Shown: positions 18,986-29,259, counted from the stretch's first letter. The stretch: DNA of 64,000 nt from an uncultured Lachnospiraceae bacterium (GCA_902788035.1 CADAIL010000007.1:46869-110868); one strand, 5' to 3'. Program-made: numbers and translations. Notes: generated by a model not told the origin, from the letters alone.

Positions 18986-19897
18986 TCATTCCTCCTCAAA
19001 ATTCAGCGTGATCTCCTGCCCGTCTCGTGCCGCGATGGCTTCGGGGAATACTTCTCTCACTGTATTCATATACAGGTCAGGGCGTACAAGCGACGGTGAA
19101 AAGTGGGTCAGCCACATACGCGCGGGCTCAGCCTTCCTGGCTATCTCTGCCGCCTCCATCATGGTCATATGCCTGTGCTCTCTGGCTTTTTTCTCCATGC
19201 CCGGCTCGCCGTACATGCCCTCACAGATGAAGAGATCCGCACCTTTCGCATGTTCCCCGATAGATTCCGTCGGTCTCGTGTCTGTCGTATAGACGACTTT
19301 CAGGCCCTTTCGCTCCGCGCCGAGCACCATGTCGGGAGTAAAGACTCTCCCGTCGCTTTCAATCGTCTGGCCCTTCTGGAGAGGATTCCAGAACTTCAGC
19401 GGAATCTGATTCTTTCTCGCACGCTCCGCATCGAACTTGCCGCTTCTTTTTATACTCACCTCATAGCCGTAGCATGTAATATTGTGGTTCACCCTGAAGG
19501 CTGTGATATCCATCCCGTCAACATGAAATGTCTGCTCACTGCTCTCTATCTCGATAACCTCCAGATTGAACGGCAGCTCCGGTGCCAGTGTACGCACGGC
19601 GGCTATCATCCTCGGCGTGCCCTTAGGTCCGATGATCCGGACCGGCTCCGTCCTGTCGGAATTACCCATGGTCAGCAGAAATCCGGGCAGGCCTGCAATG
19701 TGGTCCGCATGAAAATGCGTGAGCAGGATCGTATTGATCGGCTTAAACGACCATCCTTTCTCCCTGAGAGCGATCTGTGTTCCTTCACCGCAGTCGATGA
19801 GCAGGCTTGCTCCGTTATATCGCATGAGGCAGGATGTGACCCACCTCTTTGGCAGAGGCATCATCCCTCCTGTTCCCAGTAAACTGACATCCAGCAT
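18986..19897 (-). CDS. rnz: Ribonuclease Z
   Basis: LGTGG, DCGEGTQ, THFHADH, TDTRP, THFS metallo-beta-lactamase motifs. Confidence 0.92.
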   Translation of the reverse strand: MLDVSLLGTGGMMPLPKRWVTSCLMRYNGASLLIDCGEGTQIALREKGWSFKPINTILLTHFHADHIAGLPGFLLTMGNSDRTEPVRIIGPKGTPRMIAAVRTLAPELPFNLEVIEIESSEQTFHVDGMDITAFRVNHNITCYGYEVSIKRSGKFDAERARKNQIPLKFWNPLQKGQTIESDGRVFTPDMVLGAERKGLKVVYTTDTRPTESIGEHAKGADLFICEGMYGEPGMEKKAREHRHMTMMEAAEIARKAEPARMWLTHFSPSLVRPDLYMNTVREVFPEAIAARDGQEITLNFEEE

Positions 19898-19910
19898 TCA
19901 TATCTCCATT

Positions 19911-20411
19911 TCAATGTATCTGAGGTTCCTGCCTGACTGTCATGGTGACAGCATTTTCAACAGGTGCCGTATAGTAATTTTTCCTTATTCCGTCTCTGAC
20001 AAATCCAAGCTTTTCATACAAATGGATCGCGGCCGCATTCGATTCCCTTACCTCCAGGTGTATGTCCGTCACCCCATATTTCTTCGCACTCTCAATGATT
20101 TCTCTCATGAGACGGGTACCGATCCCGCGGTTCCTCACTTTCCCGCTCACCGTGATGTTCAGTACATCCGCCTCGTAGGGTACCATGAGGAGTCCGACAT
20201 AGCCGTAGATCTCCGGCCAGAAAAAATTCTCTTCATCCACTGCATCCGGATCGTAATCCTCCGGAAATTCGTCCGAGGCGACCAGAAAAAGCGCATCCTC
20301 GCGAAGAAGATAAGTGAGCAGTCCGTTCTCATCCCAGGGGGTCAGAGAGTAGGCGCGCTCAAGTTCGGCGACCGGAGCGATATCATCAAACCGCATCTCC
20401 CTGATAATCAT
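19911..20411 (-). CDS. rimI: Ribosomal protein S18 alanine N-acetyltransferase
   Basis: RNRGIG, LEVRESN..AI.LYEKLGF...GIRKNYY; sits in the tsa operon. Confidence 0.88.
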   Translation of the reverse strand: MIIREMRFDDIAPVAELERAYSLTPWDENGLLTYLLREDALFLVASDEFPEDYDPDAVDEENFFWPEIYGYVGLLMVPYEADVLNITVSGKVRNRGIGTRLMREIIESAKKYGVTDIHLEVRESNAAAIHLYEKLGFVRDGIRKNYYTAPVENAVTMTVRQEPQIH

Positions 20412-21136
20412 AGAGAATCCTTTCCTGCCATCCGGCGCTCACGTTCCTGCTCAGCCTGAGATTTGCGCAGGTAGATCGGAGCGTGTTCCTCCGCCTTCAC
20501 ATACCTTCCTTCGGCATACAGCACAAGCGCGAGAGCTCCGACTGAACCCGCTCTCTGTCTTCCGACGTGGGCAGGCGCAAATGAATACGGAACCGTAAGT
20601 CTCTCACTCTCCTCGGCAATCACAGGCACTCCGTCGCCCAAAAATATCAATCCGTCCTTTGTCAGTTCGGGATCCATAGCGATAAGCTCGTCAATCAGTT
20701 CCGCTGCCGCAATCGGGCGCTGATCCTTAACTGTTACGAGCTTATGATCCTCGAATCTGTATATTCCGTTGTATACCTGTTTTCTGCGCGCGTCCATACA
20801 CGGTACGATAAGCCCTTTAGCATCAAACAGATTATATGCAAGACCCGCCAGTGTAGGCACCTCGATGATCGGAATGCCGAGTGCAAGACCCAGGCCTTTG
20901 GCTGTGGCGGAGCCGATGCGCAGTCCGGTAAAAGAACCGGGACCTGCAGCTATCGCAACCGCATCTACCTCGCCAAGGTCAAGATTTATCATGTTCGATA
21001 TTTCGTCGAGCATGGGCAGGAGGGTCTGGCTGTGCGTCTTCTTGTAGTTGACCGTATATTCTGCCAGCAGTTCATTATCGGAAAGAACAGCTGCCGAAGC
21101 GACAAGCCCCGAGCTGTCCAGTGCAATCAGTTTCAT
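20408..21136 (-). CDS. tsaB: tRNA threonylcarbamoyladenosine biosynthesis protein TsaB
   Basis: HSQTLLP, GPGSFTGLRIG, DARRKQVY, P.YLRKSQAE. Confidence 0.95.
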   Translation of the reverse strand: MKLIALDSSGLVASAAVLSDNELLAEYTVNYKKTHSQTLLPMLDEISNMINLDLGEVDAVAIAAGPGSFTGLRIGSATAKGLGLALGIPIIEVPTLAGLAYNLFDAKGLIVPCMDARRKQVYNGIYRFEDHKLVTVKDQRPIAAAELIDELIAMDPELTKDGLIFLGDGVPVIAEESERLTVPYSFAPAHVGRQRAGSVGALALVLYAEGRYVKAEEHAPIYLRKSQAEQERERRMAGKDSL

Positions 21137-21163
21137 TGTGTCTCCTTCTTCTGCGGTTACACT

Positions 21164-21586
21164 TCACTCAAACGTAATCCGCCTCATATCCGGGCCTCGG
21201 CTCAGATCTTTCTCGATCCTGATATGAATCGTATTTTCCGGCATGAGTTCCTCAATAAATTCCGCCCACTCGACAATAGTGACCCCGCCGCCAAAGAAAC
21301 AATCGTCATAACCGATCTCCTCCATCTCATCGATGTCGGATATGCGGTAGACATCAAAGTGAAAGAACGGAAGTCTTCCACCCTGATAGCTCTGAACAAT
21401 TGTGAAGGTCGGACTGGTAACAGGTTCTGTGATCCCGAGACCGGCTGCAACACCTTTTGTGAACACGGTCTTTCCGACGCCCAGGTCTCCGCTCAGCGCA
21501 TAGACCGTATTCGGCGTCGCTGTCTCACCTGTCCTTATTCCGAGGGCGTAAGTATCCTCCTCGCAGAAAGTCTCAAATACCTGCAT
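21164..21586 (-). CDS. tsaE: tRNA threonylcarbamoyladenosine biosynthesis ATPase TsaE
   Basis: Start refined to MQVFET (RBS AGGAGG); GDLGVGKT, SPTFTI, HFDVYR, VEWAE. Confidence 0.95.
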   Translation of the reverse strand: MQVFETFCEEDTYALGIRTGETATPNTVYALSGDLGVGKTVFTKGVAAGLGITEPVTSPTFTIVQSYQGGRLPFFHFDVYRISDIDEMEEIGYDDCFFGGGVTIVEWAEFIEELMPENTIHIRIEKDLSRGPDMRRITFE

Positions 21587-21720
21587 GCTGTTCCTCCTGT
21601 GTGTCCGGGCTTTGCGGACACGTCCGCTTCTTTGATGGCGCGCTATGTGCGGGCGGAATCTAAGTATACCACGAGTTTTCTTTTTTGCAAACACATGCGC
21701 TGCATACTGTAAATCTGAAA

Positions 21721-21817
21721 TAGTTCGGCTGGCTGCAGCGGATGATCAGGAACCGGCGCAAGCATCATCTTCATCGAAAAACGCCGGTCCTTCCAGATTT
21801 AACCGCCTCTTGAACTA
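21721..21817 (-). repeat. Family A half copy (one arm only)
   Basis: Reverse complement GGACCGGCGTTTTTCGATGAAGATGATGCTTGCGCCGG..GCAGCC..GAACTA matches the 3' arm of the full copies. Confidence 0.8.
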
Positions 21818-21939
21818 AATTGATTCTTTTCGTATAATAGCATGCGGTAGCCATTCATATCCGGGTGTCCGTGCATGCAGTGACTGCGGGGATCCGAATA
21901 CGAGTTACCTATCAATATTTTGACAAAGGAGAAATAATA

Positions 21940-22458
21940 ATGGCATATCCGATCGTAACCATCACAATGGCAGACGGCAGCGTGATGAAGGCGGAGCTCT
22001 ATCCGGAAACCGCTCCGAATACAGTAAACAACTTCATCAGTCTCGTAAATGCAGGTTTCTACAACGGACTCATCTTTCACCGCGTCATCAATGGTTTCAT
22101 GATTCAGGGCGGATGCCCGGACGGCACCGGCATGGGCGGCCCCGGCTACACAATTCCCGGAGAATTCGCGATGAACGGTTTCCAGAATACATTAAAGCAC
22201 ACGGCAGGCGTCCTCTCCATGGCGCGCGCTCAGCATCCGGACTCAGCAGGCAGCCAGTTCTTCATCATGCACAAGGATGCCCCCTATCTCGACGGTCAGT
22301 ACGCCGCTTTCGGCAAGATCATCGAGGGCATGGAAGTCGTCAACAAGATTGCCTCTGTCCGCACAAACTTCGCCGACAAGCCGCTTAAGCCTCAGGTCAT
22401 CTCTTCTATGACGGTCGACACACAGGGCAAAGACTACCCGGAACCGAAGAAAGCATAA
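21940..22458 (+). CDS. Cyclophilin-type peptidyl-prolyl cis-trans isomerase
   Basis: Start refined to MAYPIVT; FHRVINGFMIQGG, SMARA, SQFFI, LDGQYAAFG. Confidence 0.95.
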   Translation: MAYPIVTITMADGSVMKAELYPETAPNTVNNFISLVNAGFYNGLIFHRVINGFMIQGGCPDGTGMGGPGYTIPGEFAMNGFQNTLKHTAGVLSMARAQHPDSAGSQFFIMHKDAPYLDGQYAAFGKIIEGMEVVNKIASVRTNFADKPLKPQVISSMTVDTQGKDYPEPKKA

Positions 22459-22480
22459 GCAGAACATCAGAACAAATCAC

Positions 22481-22508
22481 GGAGCTGTCACTTGTGGCAG
22501 CTCTTTTT
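22481..22508 (+). terminator. Intrinsic terminator
   Basis: GAGCTGTCAC-TT-GTGGCAGCTC followed by a T-tract. Confidence 0.7.
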
Positions 22509-22584
22509 TGTCTCAGTGGCAGAAGATCTCCGCTTCTACAAGCGGTGGGCAAAACCAACGTCCTGCTCATCTCAGCAGCCGTTC

Positions 22585-23229
22585 TCATGATCGGGACTTT
22601 TGTGTATATTCTTTCTCGTTTTCCTCCAGGAATTCAGCTTTTCCGTCTGTATTTTCAATCACCAGTTTTCGTATCCTCTGAACGTCCTGCCTCGGAACAA
22701 ACTGATGCATGATAACGTCCTGTCCATATTCAATCTCACAGGCGGGAAGATTCTCCCGGGCAAAAACATATTGAAGCTTGCCTGCCTGGGGATAAGTCAC
22801 CCGGATCACAAGCTCCGTCCCGCGTATAACTTCGATGATTTCCGCATTTTCCAGCGCTGCCTTTACCGCCGCGGTGTAAGCGCGCACAAGACCGCCGGTG
22901 CCCAGCAGAGTACCGCCGAAGTATCTCGTAACCACACAGGCGGTGTAGTGAAGACCGGCACCTGAAAGCACCTCCAGCATCGGCTTTCCGGCAGTCCCAC
23001 CGGGTTCCCCGTCATCATTCGACCTCACGATCTCCTCCGGTGTCCCCGGAGTGCCTACAACACAGGCAAAGCAATTGTGTCTTGCGTCATAGTATTTTTT
23101 TCTGGCTGCGGCAAGATAAGATTCCGCCTCCTCCAGAGTTTCAGCATGGTAGACCGCACCGATAAATCTGGATTTTTTCTCTACATATTCTCCCTGTCCG
23201 CTTGTTCGGATTGTCTTATAGCTGTCCAT
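22585..23229 (-). CDS. YigZ/IMPACT family protein
   Basis: EKKSRFI, DARHNC, DDGEPGGTAG, VTRYFGG.LLG.GGLVRAY. Confidence 0.93.
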   Translation of the reverse strand: MDSYKTIRTSGQGEYVEKKSRFIGAVYHAETLEEAESYLAAARKKYYDARHNCFACVVGTPGTPEEIVRSNDDGEPGGTAGKPMLEVLSGAGLHYTACVVTRYFGGTLLGTGGLVRAYTAAVKAALENAEIIEVIRGTELVIRVTYPQAGKLQYVFARENLPACEIEYGQDVIMHQFVPRQDVQRIRKLVIENTDGKAEFLEENEKEYTQKSRS

Positions 23230-23330
23230 AAATCTCCACTCTTTTAATTCGCAGCGCTCTATTAACGCACTTTTATCGTTAAGAACCGCATACTGTCGTT
23301 TCCTGTCACAAAAGCCCGCCTGAATTCGCC

Positions 23331-25271
23331 TTACATGTTATCGTCTTCTGTCACGACCGGTCCCCGGTCCGCAGTGTGGAAGAAGTCATATACGCTCCTT
23401 GCCGATTTTGCGTTCATCGACGGAGCATGCAGAAGCTCCTCATAGGAGGCATCGCGGATTCTCTCCGCTGTCTTAAATGCGCGAAGAAGCGCTTTTCTTC
23501 TTGTCGGTCCGATGCCCTCAATCTCATCGAGGACAGAGCGGACCTGCCCCTTGCTGCGCAGCTGTCTGTGATACTCAATGGCAAATCGATGCACTTCGTC
23601 CTGTATCCTCGTAAGCAGCTTAAATCCCTCAGAGTCCCTGGCGATCGGTATCTCCCGGTCATTGAAATACAGACCACGCGTACGGTGGTAATCGTCTTTC
23701 ACCATGCCGGCGACAGGTATGTCAAAACCGACTCTTTGAAGGACCTCAAGCGCAATATGGACCTGTCCTTTTCCGCCGTCCATCAGAATAACATCGGGCA
23801 GATCAGTGAATCCTTCCGAGCCTTCTCTGGCTCTCATAAACCGCCTGGTAAGGACCTCGTCCATACTGGCGTAATCATCGGGTCCGACGACCCACTTGAT
23901 CTTGAACTTTCTGTAATCGTTCTTCTTAGGCTTCCCTTTCACGTACACGACCATGGAGCCGACTGAATCGAATCCGCTGATATTGGAGATATCATAGGAT
24001 TCAATGCGGTCCGCTCTCTCAAGCCCAAGAAGGGCAGCAATTTCTTTTACGGCGCCGATCGTCCTCAATTCCTCGCGCTTCAGTCTCTCTCTGTCCCGGG
24101 AAAGCACCATCTCCGCGTTCTCATGGGCAAGCGCGACAAGCTTTTCTTTCATACCCTTCTGCGGTATGCGGATCCTGACTCTGGATCCCCGCTTATCGGA
24201 GAGCCACTTGGATAGCAGCTCACGGTCCGGAATGTCATATTCGAGCATAAGCTCCTTCGGGACAAACGGTGTTCCTGAATAATACTGTGATATGAAACTT
24301 GCGATCACACAGGCGGGATCATCTGTATCATCAGCTGTCAGGAAGAAATGCTCTCTTCCTATCAGCTTTCCCTCACGCACAAAAAAGACCTGTACGACAG
24401 CATTCCGGGTCCCGGTAAGGTCGGGACTGATATTGGTCTCATCCGTGAGTACCAGTCCTGCCTGCTCCGGGGTATCCATCGCGATCGCGATGATATCTCT
24501 GTCATCCCCGTCGGAACCGGTTATCTTTTGACGCTCACCGATCTGTCGTATGCTCTCGATAAGGTCTCGTATTTCCGCGGCTTCCTCATACCTCATTTCC
24601 ATCGAGGCAGTCATCATTTTTTCCGTGAGACGGTCAATTTCCTCCTGGTAATGCCCCTTGAGAAAATCAAGCATACGCTTAATGTTTTCCCCGTAAGCCT
24701 CCTTTGTGATATATCCCTGGCACGGCGCGGGGCACTGGCCGATGTGATAATAAAGACACTGTCTGTCCTTCCCTATATCCTGGGGCAGTTTTTTTGAGCA
24801 TGTACGGATGTGATAGAGCTTTCTGAGAAGCTCAATAATATCTCTGACCGCGGTCGAGTTCGTATAAGGTCCGAAATATCTCGAAGTATCCTTTTTCATG
24901 CTTCTGGCGATCATTATTCGAGGAAAGTCCTCACCTGTCGTCACCTTGATATACGGATAACTCTTGTCATCCTTCAGCATCGTGTTATACTTCGGCCTGT
25001 GTTCCTTGATAAGATTGGATTCGAGGACCAGGGCCTCAAGTTCGCTCGACGTTACTATATACTCAAAGCGCTCAATATTCTGCACCATGCGCATGATCTT
25101 CGGGCTCTTCTTGTAGCCTGTCTGAAAATACTGACGCACCCGGTTCTTAAGGCTCACGGCCTTTCCGACATAGATTATGTCGTCGTGCGCGTCATGCATG
25201 ATATAGACCCCGGGGCTCCCGGGCAGCTTTTTCAGTTCTTCCTCTATATTAAAATCTTTGTTCTCGCTCAT
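23331..25271 (-). CDS. uvrC: Excinuclease ABC subunit C
   Basis: GIY-YIG (PGVY..IIYVGKA), RIESYDISNI, DGGKGQ, QDEVHRFA, HhH GIGP. Confidence 0.97.
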   Translation of the reverse strand: MSENKDFNIEEELKKLPGSPGVYIMHDAHDDIIYVGKAVSLKNRVRQYFQTGYKKSPKIMRMVQNIERFEYIVTSSELEALVLESNLIKEHRPKYNTMLKDDKSYPYIKVTTGEDFPRIMIARSMKKDTSRYFGPYTNSTAVRDIIELLRKLYHIRTCSKKLPQDIGKDRQCLYYHIGQCPAPCQGYITKEAYGENIKRMLDFLKGHYQEEIDRLTEKMMTASMEMRYEEAAEIRDLIESIRQIGERQKITGSDGDDRDIIAIAMDTPEQAGLVLTDETNISPDLTGTRNAVVQVFFVREGKLIGREHFFLTADDTDDPACVIASFISQYYSGTPFVPKELMLEYDIPDRELLSKWLSDKRGSRVRIRIPQKGMKEKLVALAHENAEMVLSRDRERLKREELRTIGAVKEIAALLGLERADRIESYDISNISGFDSVGSMVVYVKGKPKKNDYRKFKIKWVVGPDDYASMDEVLTRRFMRAREGSEGFTDLPDVILMDGGKGQVHIALEVLQRVGFDIPVAGMVKDDYHRTRGLYFNDREIPIARDSEGFKLLTRIQDEVHRFAIEYHRQLRSKGQVRSVLDEIEGIGPTRRKALLRAFKTAERIRDASYEELLHAPSMNAKSARSVYDFFHTADRGPVVTEDDNM

Positions 25272-25506
25272 TTTTCAACCGACCGGCATTCCCTGTCTTT
25301 TCTTTCTTAGATATCCCGATTATAACACGCAGACTGTACGGTCCGCAATTCATGCATTAGTATAGGACTGCGCAAAACAAGGGCTGTCGCATCAGGCAGT
25401 TTCACCGCTATAAATGGCAGACATTTGTAAATAACATCTGCCATTTATAGTTGCGTCTTGCTTTAATGCGACAGCCCAAAGTATTTTCAAGTCTTGCTGA
25501 GATATA

Positions 25507-27885
25507 TTACTGTTTACTCAAATTATGCAGGAATTTAACGATCTGCCCGCGTGTACAGTTCTTATCGACTCCGAAAGTTCCGTCGGCAAAGCCCTTGGTG
25601 ATTTTCTTCTGATATCCATAAAGAATCGCTCTGTAGTAGATATGCTGCTTTGGGACATCACAAAACGGCGATGCCGATGACATTGCAGGTACCGGTTTTC
25701 TCAGATATTTCCATATGAACATCATGATATGCCCCCTCGTACATGCCTCGTTCATGCGAAAAGTCCCGTCGCTGTAGCCGCCGGCAATACCTGTCTGATA
25801 AGCCCACAATATGGGCTTGTAGAACGCACCGTATTTTGGCACATCCCGGAAAGAAAGTGCCGGCGTCTGTTTCGGCTCCGGTTTCCCCGCGAAGCACCAC
25901 AAGAAGCGAATTGCCTCCGCTCTGGTACAGGCTCTGTCTATTCCGAAGGTCCCGTCACTGTAGCCGCCGGCAATGCCTTTATCCGCAGCCCAGTAAATCG
26001 CATTGTAATAGGGATGACTGGGATCCAGAACATCAGAGAAGACTTTTCTACCCGCTTTCGCGGTGCCAAGCGTCCTCGTTGCCGCACGGATACGCAGCAC
26101 TTCCCCGTCGCCTTCCTCTGCCAGATCCATCCATTTGCCGCAGGGCATTCTTACAAGACTTCTGCAGTAAAGATTATCAGTCTCAAAGAGAACATCACCG
26201 ACCAGCTGCCGTCTCTGCGCTGAAAACGACTCAGTCCGGTTGCCGATGTTCTCTACGACGATCGAATACCAGCTGCCCGAGCTCACTACGACTTCCTTCG
26301 GAAGCCTGAAAGTATTGAGTCCCGCCCCGTTCATCTGCACGGTTTGGCTGACAGCCCTCCGCCCGCTCGTCGGATCATCCGTGTCCAGGAGATCAGTAAA
26401 TACCGTTACCTTATACCTGGCATTTCCGGTCCACGTACACAGCGATATCTCACCTATGGCTTCGCCCCGTCCGGCACCCGCCTTGACTTCGTAGACATTG
26501 GCGCCCGCAGTCATATTTTCACCGCTCACTGCGGAAACAGGGTCCAGACAGCACGAATTTCCCACCATCGCAAGTCCGTCATAGAAATACAGATTCGAAT
26601 ATTTTCTCTCCGCTGTCTTCACGGCTGACACTGACACACAGCCAAGCATCGTTGCATTCTCATAAGATATGTAGAAATAACCGCCGTCGCCCCAGTCATC
26701 GCCCCAGGAATTTTTAGCGATCCATGCGCCGCTCTTTTTCGGTCTGCCGCCGCTGTTGAATTTGGATACCGCAAATGCGTCATCCCAGCCCACCAGCGTG
26801 ACCACATGATTGCTCCTCATGTTAGCCGAATCATAGTAACCGTTCGTAGTCAGGTTCCTTGACGCGTTCTCATAGTACATGGAAACAGCGACAGCCCCGT
26901 TTTCCATGATCTCTTTTTTTACTTTGTCAACGCTGTAATCAAATGTCTCGTAACTCTCAAGTCCTGCGTAAGAGATATAGGCTTTATCCTTCGACGGAAC
27001 AGCGGATGACTCCTTATAATACACATTTCCTTTCGAGTCGACACGCCTTGTGAGATAAAACGGAACATCGGCTTCCTTCGCTATCCCCTGACCGGTGCTG
27101 AGTTCCTGCAGCAGATAGATCGGACTGCCGGACGCATGTCTGTACGCGGTCGCTTCGTCGGAGTCCTGATAAACCATCTGCATGTCTCCGGTATTGTGAA
27201 GGGGGTCATCCTGCCTGTTAAAATAAAAATATGCCAGCTGCTCTTCAGACAGATCAAGAGCATTCTTATTCTCATCAGTATATCTTTGAAGGAGTGATGT
27301 CTCCATAAGAGCTGCTGCGGAGAAAGCCCAGCAGAGTCCTGAAGTACCCTGGTCTCTTACAGGCGTGAGCCGTGATGTGATATAGGAGGATGGGGTATTG
27401 GCTCCGACCAGCTCCTCATCTTCCTCCTGCTCTCCTTCGTCGGGAGAAGGGACATCGAACTCCTTGAGTCCTTCATAATATCTGGCAAATCGCTCTTCAT
27501 CCTGCACGTACGCCCGGGGCAGTCCCTGCTCATCTTTGTCTGGAACATCTGCATCGGACTGCTGCTCTTCGACCCATCCTTCACAGAGCGGCTCCCAGAC
27601 CCGGTCACCGGGCTCAGGCTGCTCTTCGCTGCCGGCTTCCTGAATCGGCTTTTCATTATCACAAGCTTCGGGTGTCGGAGACTCCGCTTCAGCTTCATCG
27701 GATTCATCTACAGCTTCCGTAATTGTTTCAGCCTCAGTCTCTTCCCACATTGCGTCCTCATCGTATCGGACAGACACATTCAAAGTGTCAGAATACTGTT
27801 CGCCCATAACGGGAGACACAGTCATAGTCAGCATAACGCTTATGGCCGTAAGCATGATCACAAAACGCCTAAATCCCTTACTCAT
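25507..27885 (-). CDS. Secreted papain-like C1A cysteine peptidase with lectin-like domain and triple SLH
   Basis: DQGTSGLCWAFS (Cys), NHVVTLVGWDD (His), KNSWG (Asn); signal peptide; three C-terminal SLH repeats. Confidence 0.9.
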   Translation of the reverse strand: MSKGFRRFVIMLTAISVMLTMTVSPVMGEQYSDTLNVSVRYDEDAMWEETEAETITEAVDESDEAEAESPTPEACDNEKPIQEAGSEEQPEPGDRVWEPLCEGWVEEQQSDADVPDKDEQGLPRAYVQDEERFARYYEGLKEFDVPSPDEGEQEEDEELVGANTPSSYITSRLTPVRDQGTSGLCWAFSAAALMETSLLQRYTDENKNALDLSEEQLAYFYFNRQDDPLHNTGDMQMVYQDSDEATAYRHASGSPIYLLQELSTGQGIAKEADVPFYLTRRVDSKGNVYYKESSAVPSKDKAYISYAGLESYETFDYSVDKVKKEIMENGAVAVSMYYENASRNLTTNGYYDSANMRSNHVVTLVGWDDAFAVSKFNSGGRPKKSGAWIAKNSWGDDWGDGGYFYISYENATMLGCVSVSAVKTAERKYSNLYFYDGLAMVGNSCCLDPVSAVSGENMTAGANVYEVKAGAGRGEAIGEISLCTWTGNARYKVTVFTDLLDTDDPTSGRRAVSQTVQMNGAGLNTFRLPKEVVVSSGSWYSIVVENIGNRTESFSAQRRQLVGDVLFETDNLYCRSLVRMPCGKWMDLAEEGDGEVLRIRAATRTLGTAKAGRKVFSDVLDPSHPYYNAIYWAADKGIAGGYSDGTFGIDRACTRAEAIRFLWCFAGKPEPKQTPALSFRDVPKYGAFYKPILWAYQTGIAGGYSDGTFRMNEACTRGHIMMFIWKYLRKPVPAMSSASPFCDVPKQHIYYRAILYGYQKKITKGFADGTFGVDKNCTRGQIVKFLHNLSKQ

Positions 27886-28243
27886 GACCGCATCTCCTCT
27901 AAAAAATCAAGAACACCCCGGCGATATTGCCGCGATGAAGAATAAAAATGTATGCACGTTCCAAAACAACATGTGGACATAATGCATACAAACAAATGCT
28001 ATATATAGTTATATTATAGCATAATTTTCTGATATTTGTATAAATACTCACATATTTAACAAACATGTAACACTCTTCACAATTATTTTACAGATTATAG
28101 CCCGTTTCAAACGGAGCCTCACATGGCTGAGTTCACGGAATGTATCATGCTGATTGCAAGTACTGCCGCACACGAACTACGATATTGTTTAATCCATCCC
28201 TGTGTGATAAACTTAAGTATAAGTTAAGGGTCCGGACCGGACG

Positions 28244-28298
28244 ATGTCAGCTGACGTCGGCCTGCTTCCGTCACCGGACTTGCGAGCGAGATTTAAAT
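28244..28298 (+). repeat. Degenerate family B copy
   Basis: ATGTCAGCTGACG....CC...T.CC...CC...CTTGCGAGCGAGATTTAAAT resembles the family B consensus; 22 nt before the hprK ATG. Confidence 0.45.
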
Positions 28299-28320
28299 TT
28301 TAAAGAAAAGAGGGTTCATA

Positions 28321-29259
28321 ATGAAAACTGTTGTTCAGCTCAGCAAGCTGGCAGAGGAAATGAAACTTAAGAACCTGACCCCTGAAATCAGCATGGACGA
28401 GGTGGAAATCACCTCACAGGAAATCAACCGCCCTGCCCTGCAGCTCGCCGGCTTTTATGAGCACTTTTCACATGAGCGTGTCCAGATCATCGGCTATGTC
28501 GAGTATACCTACCTCATGCAGAAGGAAGAAGATGAGCGCTCGGTCTGTTTTGAGAGATTTATCTCCAGCGGTATACCCTGTGTTATTTTCACCACATTGA
28601 CAGAGCCGACGGAAAACATGCTGCTCATTTGCAGAAAATACAACGTTCCCGCTCTGGTCACAACGCGCACGACAAGCGCTTTTATGGCTGAGATCATCAG
28701 ATGGCTCGGAGTGGAACTTGCACCCAGCATTTCTATCCACGGTGTTCTGGTCGATGTTTACGGCGAAGGCGTCCTGATCATGGGCGAGAGCGGAATAGGC
28801 AAGTCCGAAGCCGCACTCGAGCTTGTGCGCCGCGGACATCGTCTGGTCAGTGATGACGTGGTCATCATCCGCAAAGTTTCTGACGCGACTCTGCTCGGAT
28901 GCGCCCCGGATGTCACAAAACATCTCATTGAACTTCGGGGTATCGGTATTATTGACGTAAAGACACTGTACGGCGTCGAGCACGTCAAGGATTCACAGGC
29001 TATCGACCTGGTAATCAAACTCGAGGACTGGAGCCGGGAAAAGGAATACGACCGTCTCGGACTTGAAGACCAGACGACGGAATTTCTCGGAAACAAAGTC
29101 ACCTGCCACTCACTGCCGATCCGGCCGGGACGCAATCTTGCTGTTATCGTCGAAACGGCAGCGGTCAATCACAGACAGAAGAAGATGGGATACAATGCCG
29201 CGCATGAACTATACAGGCGTGTGCAGGAAAATATAATGAACAAGAGAGGTGATATCTAA
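28321..29259 (+). CDS. hprK: HPr(Ser) kinase/phosphatase
   Basis: NRPALQLAG, HGVLVDVYGEGVLIMGESGIGKSE, LVSDD, ELRGIGI, PGRNLA. Confidence 0.97.
   Translation: MKTVVQLSKLAEEMKLKNLTPEISMDEVEITSQEINRPALQLAGFYEHFSHERVQIIGYVEYTYLMQKEEDERSVCFERFISSGIPCVIFTTLTEPTENMLLICRKYNVPALVTTRTTSAFMAEIIRWLGVELAPSISIHGVLVDVYGEGVLIMGESGIGKSEAALELVRRGHRLVSDDVVIIRKVSDATLLGCAPDVTKHLIELRGIGIIDVKTLYGVEHVKDSQAIDLVIKLEDWSREKEYDRLGLEDQTTEFLGNKVTCHSLPIRPGRNLAVIVETAAVNHRQKKMGYNAAHELYRRVQENIMNKRGDI

Noticed and set aside
28110-28240. Possible riboswitch upstream of hprK
   Set aside because: No match to any aptamer consensus I can recall and no expression platform visible.
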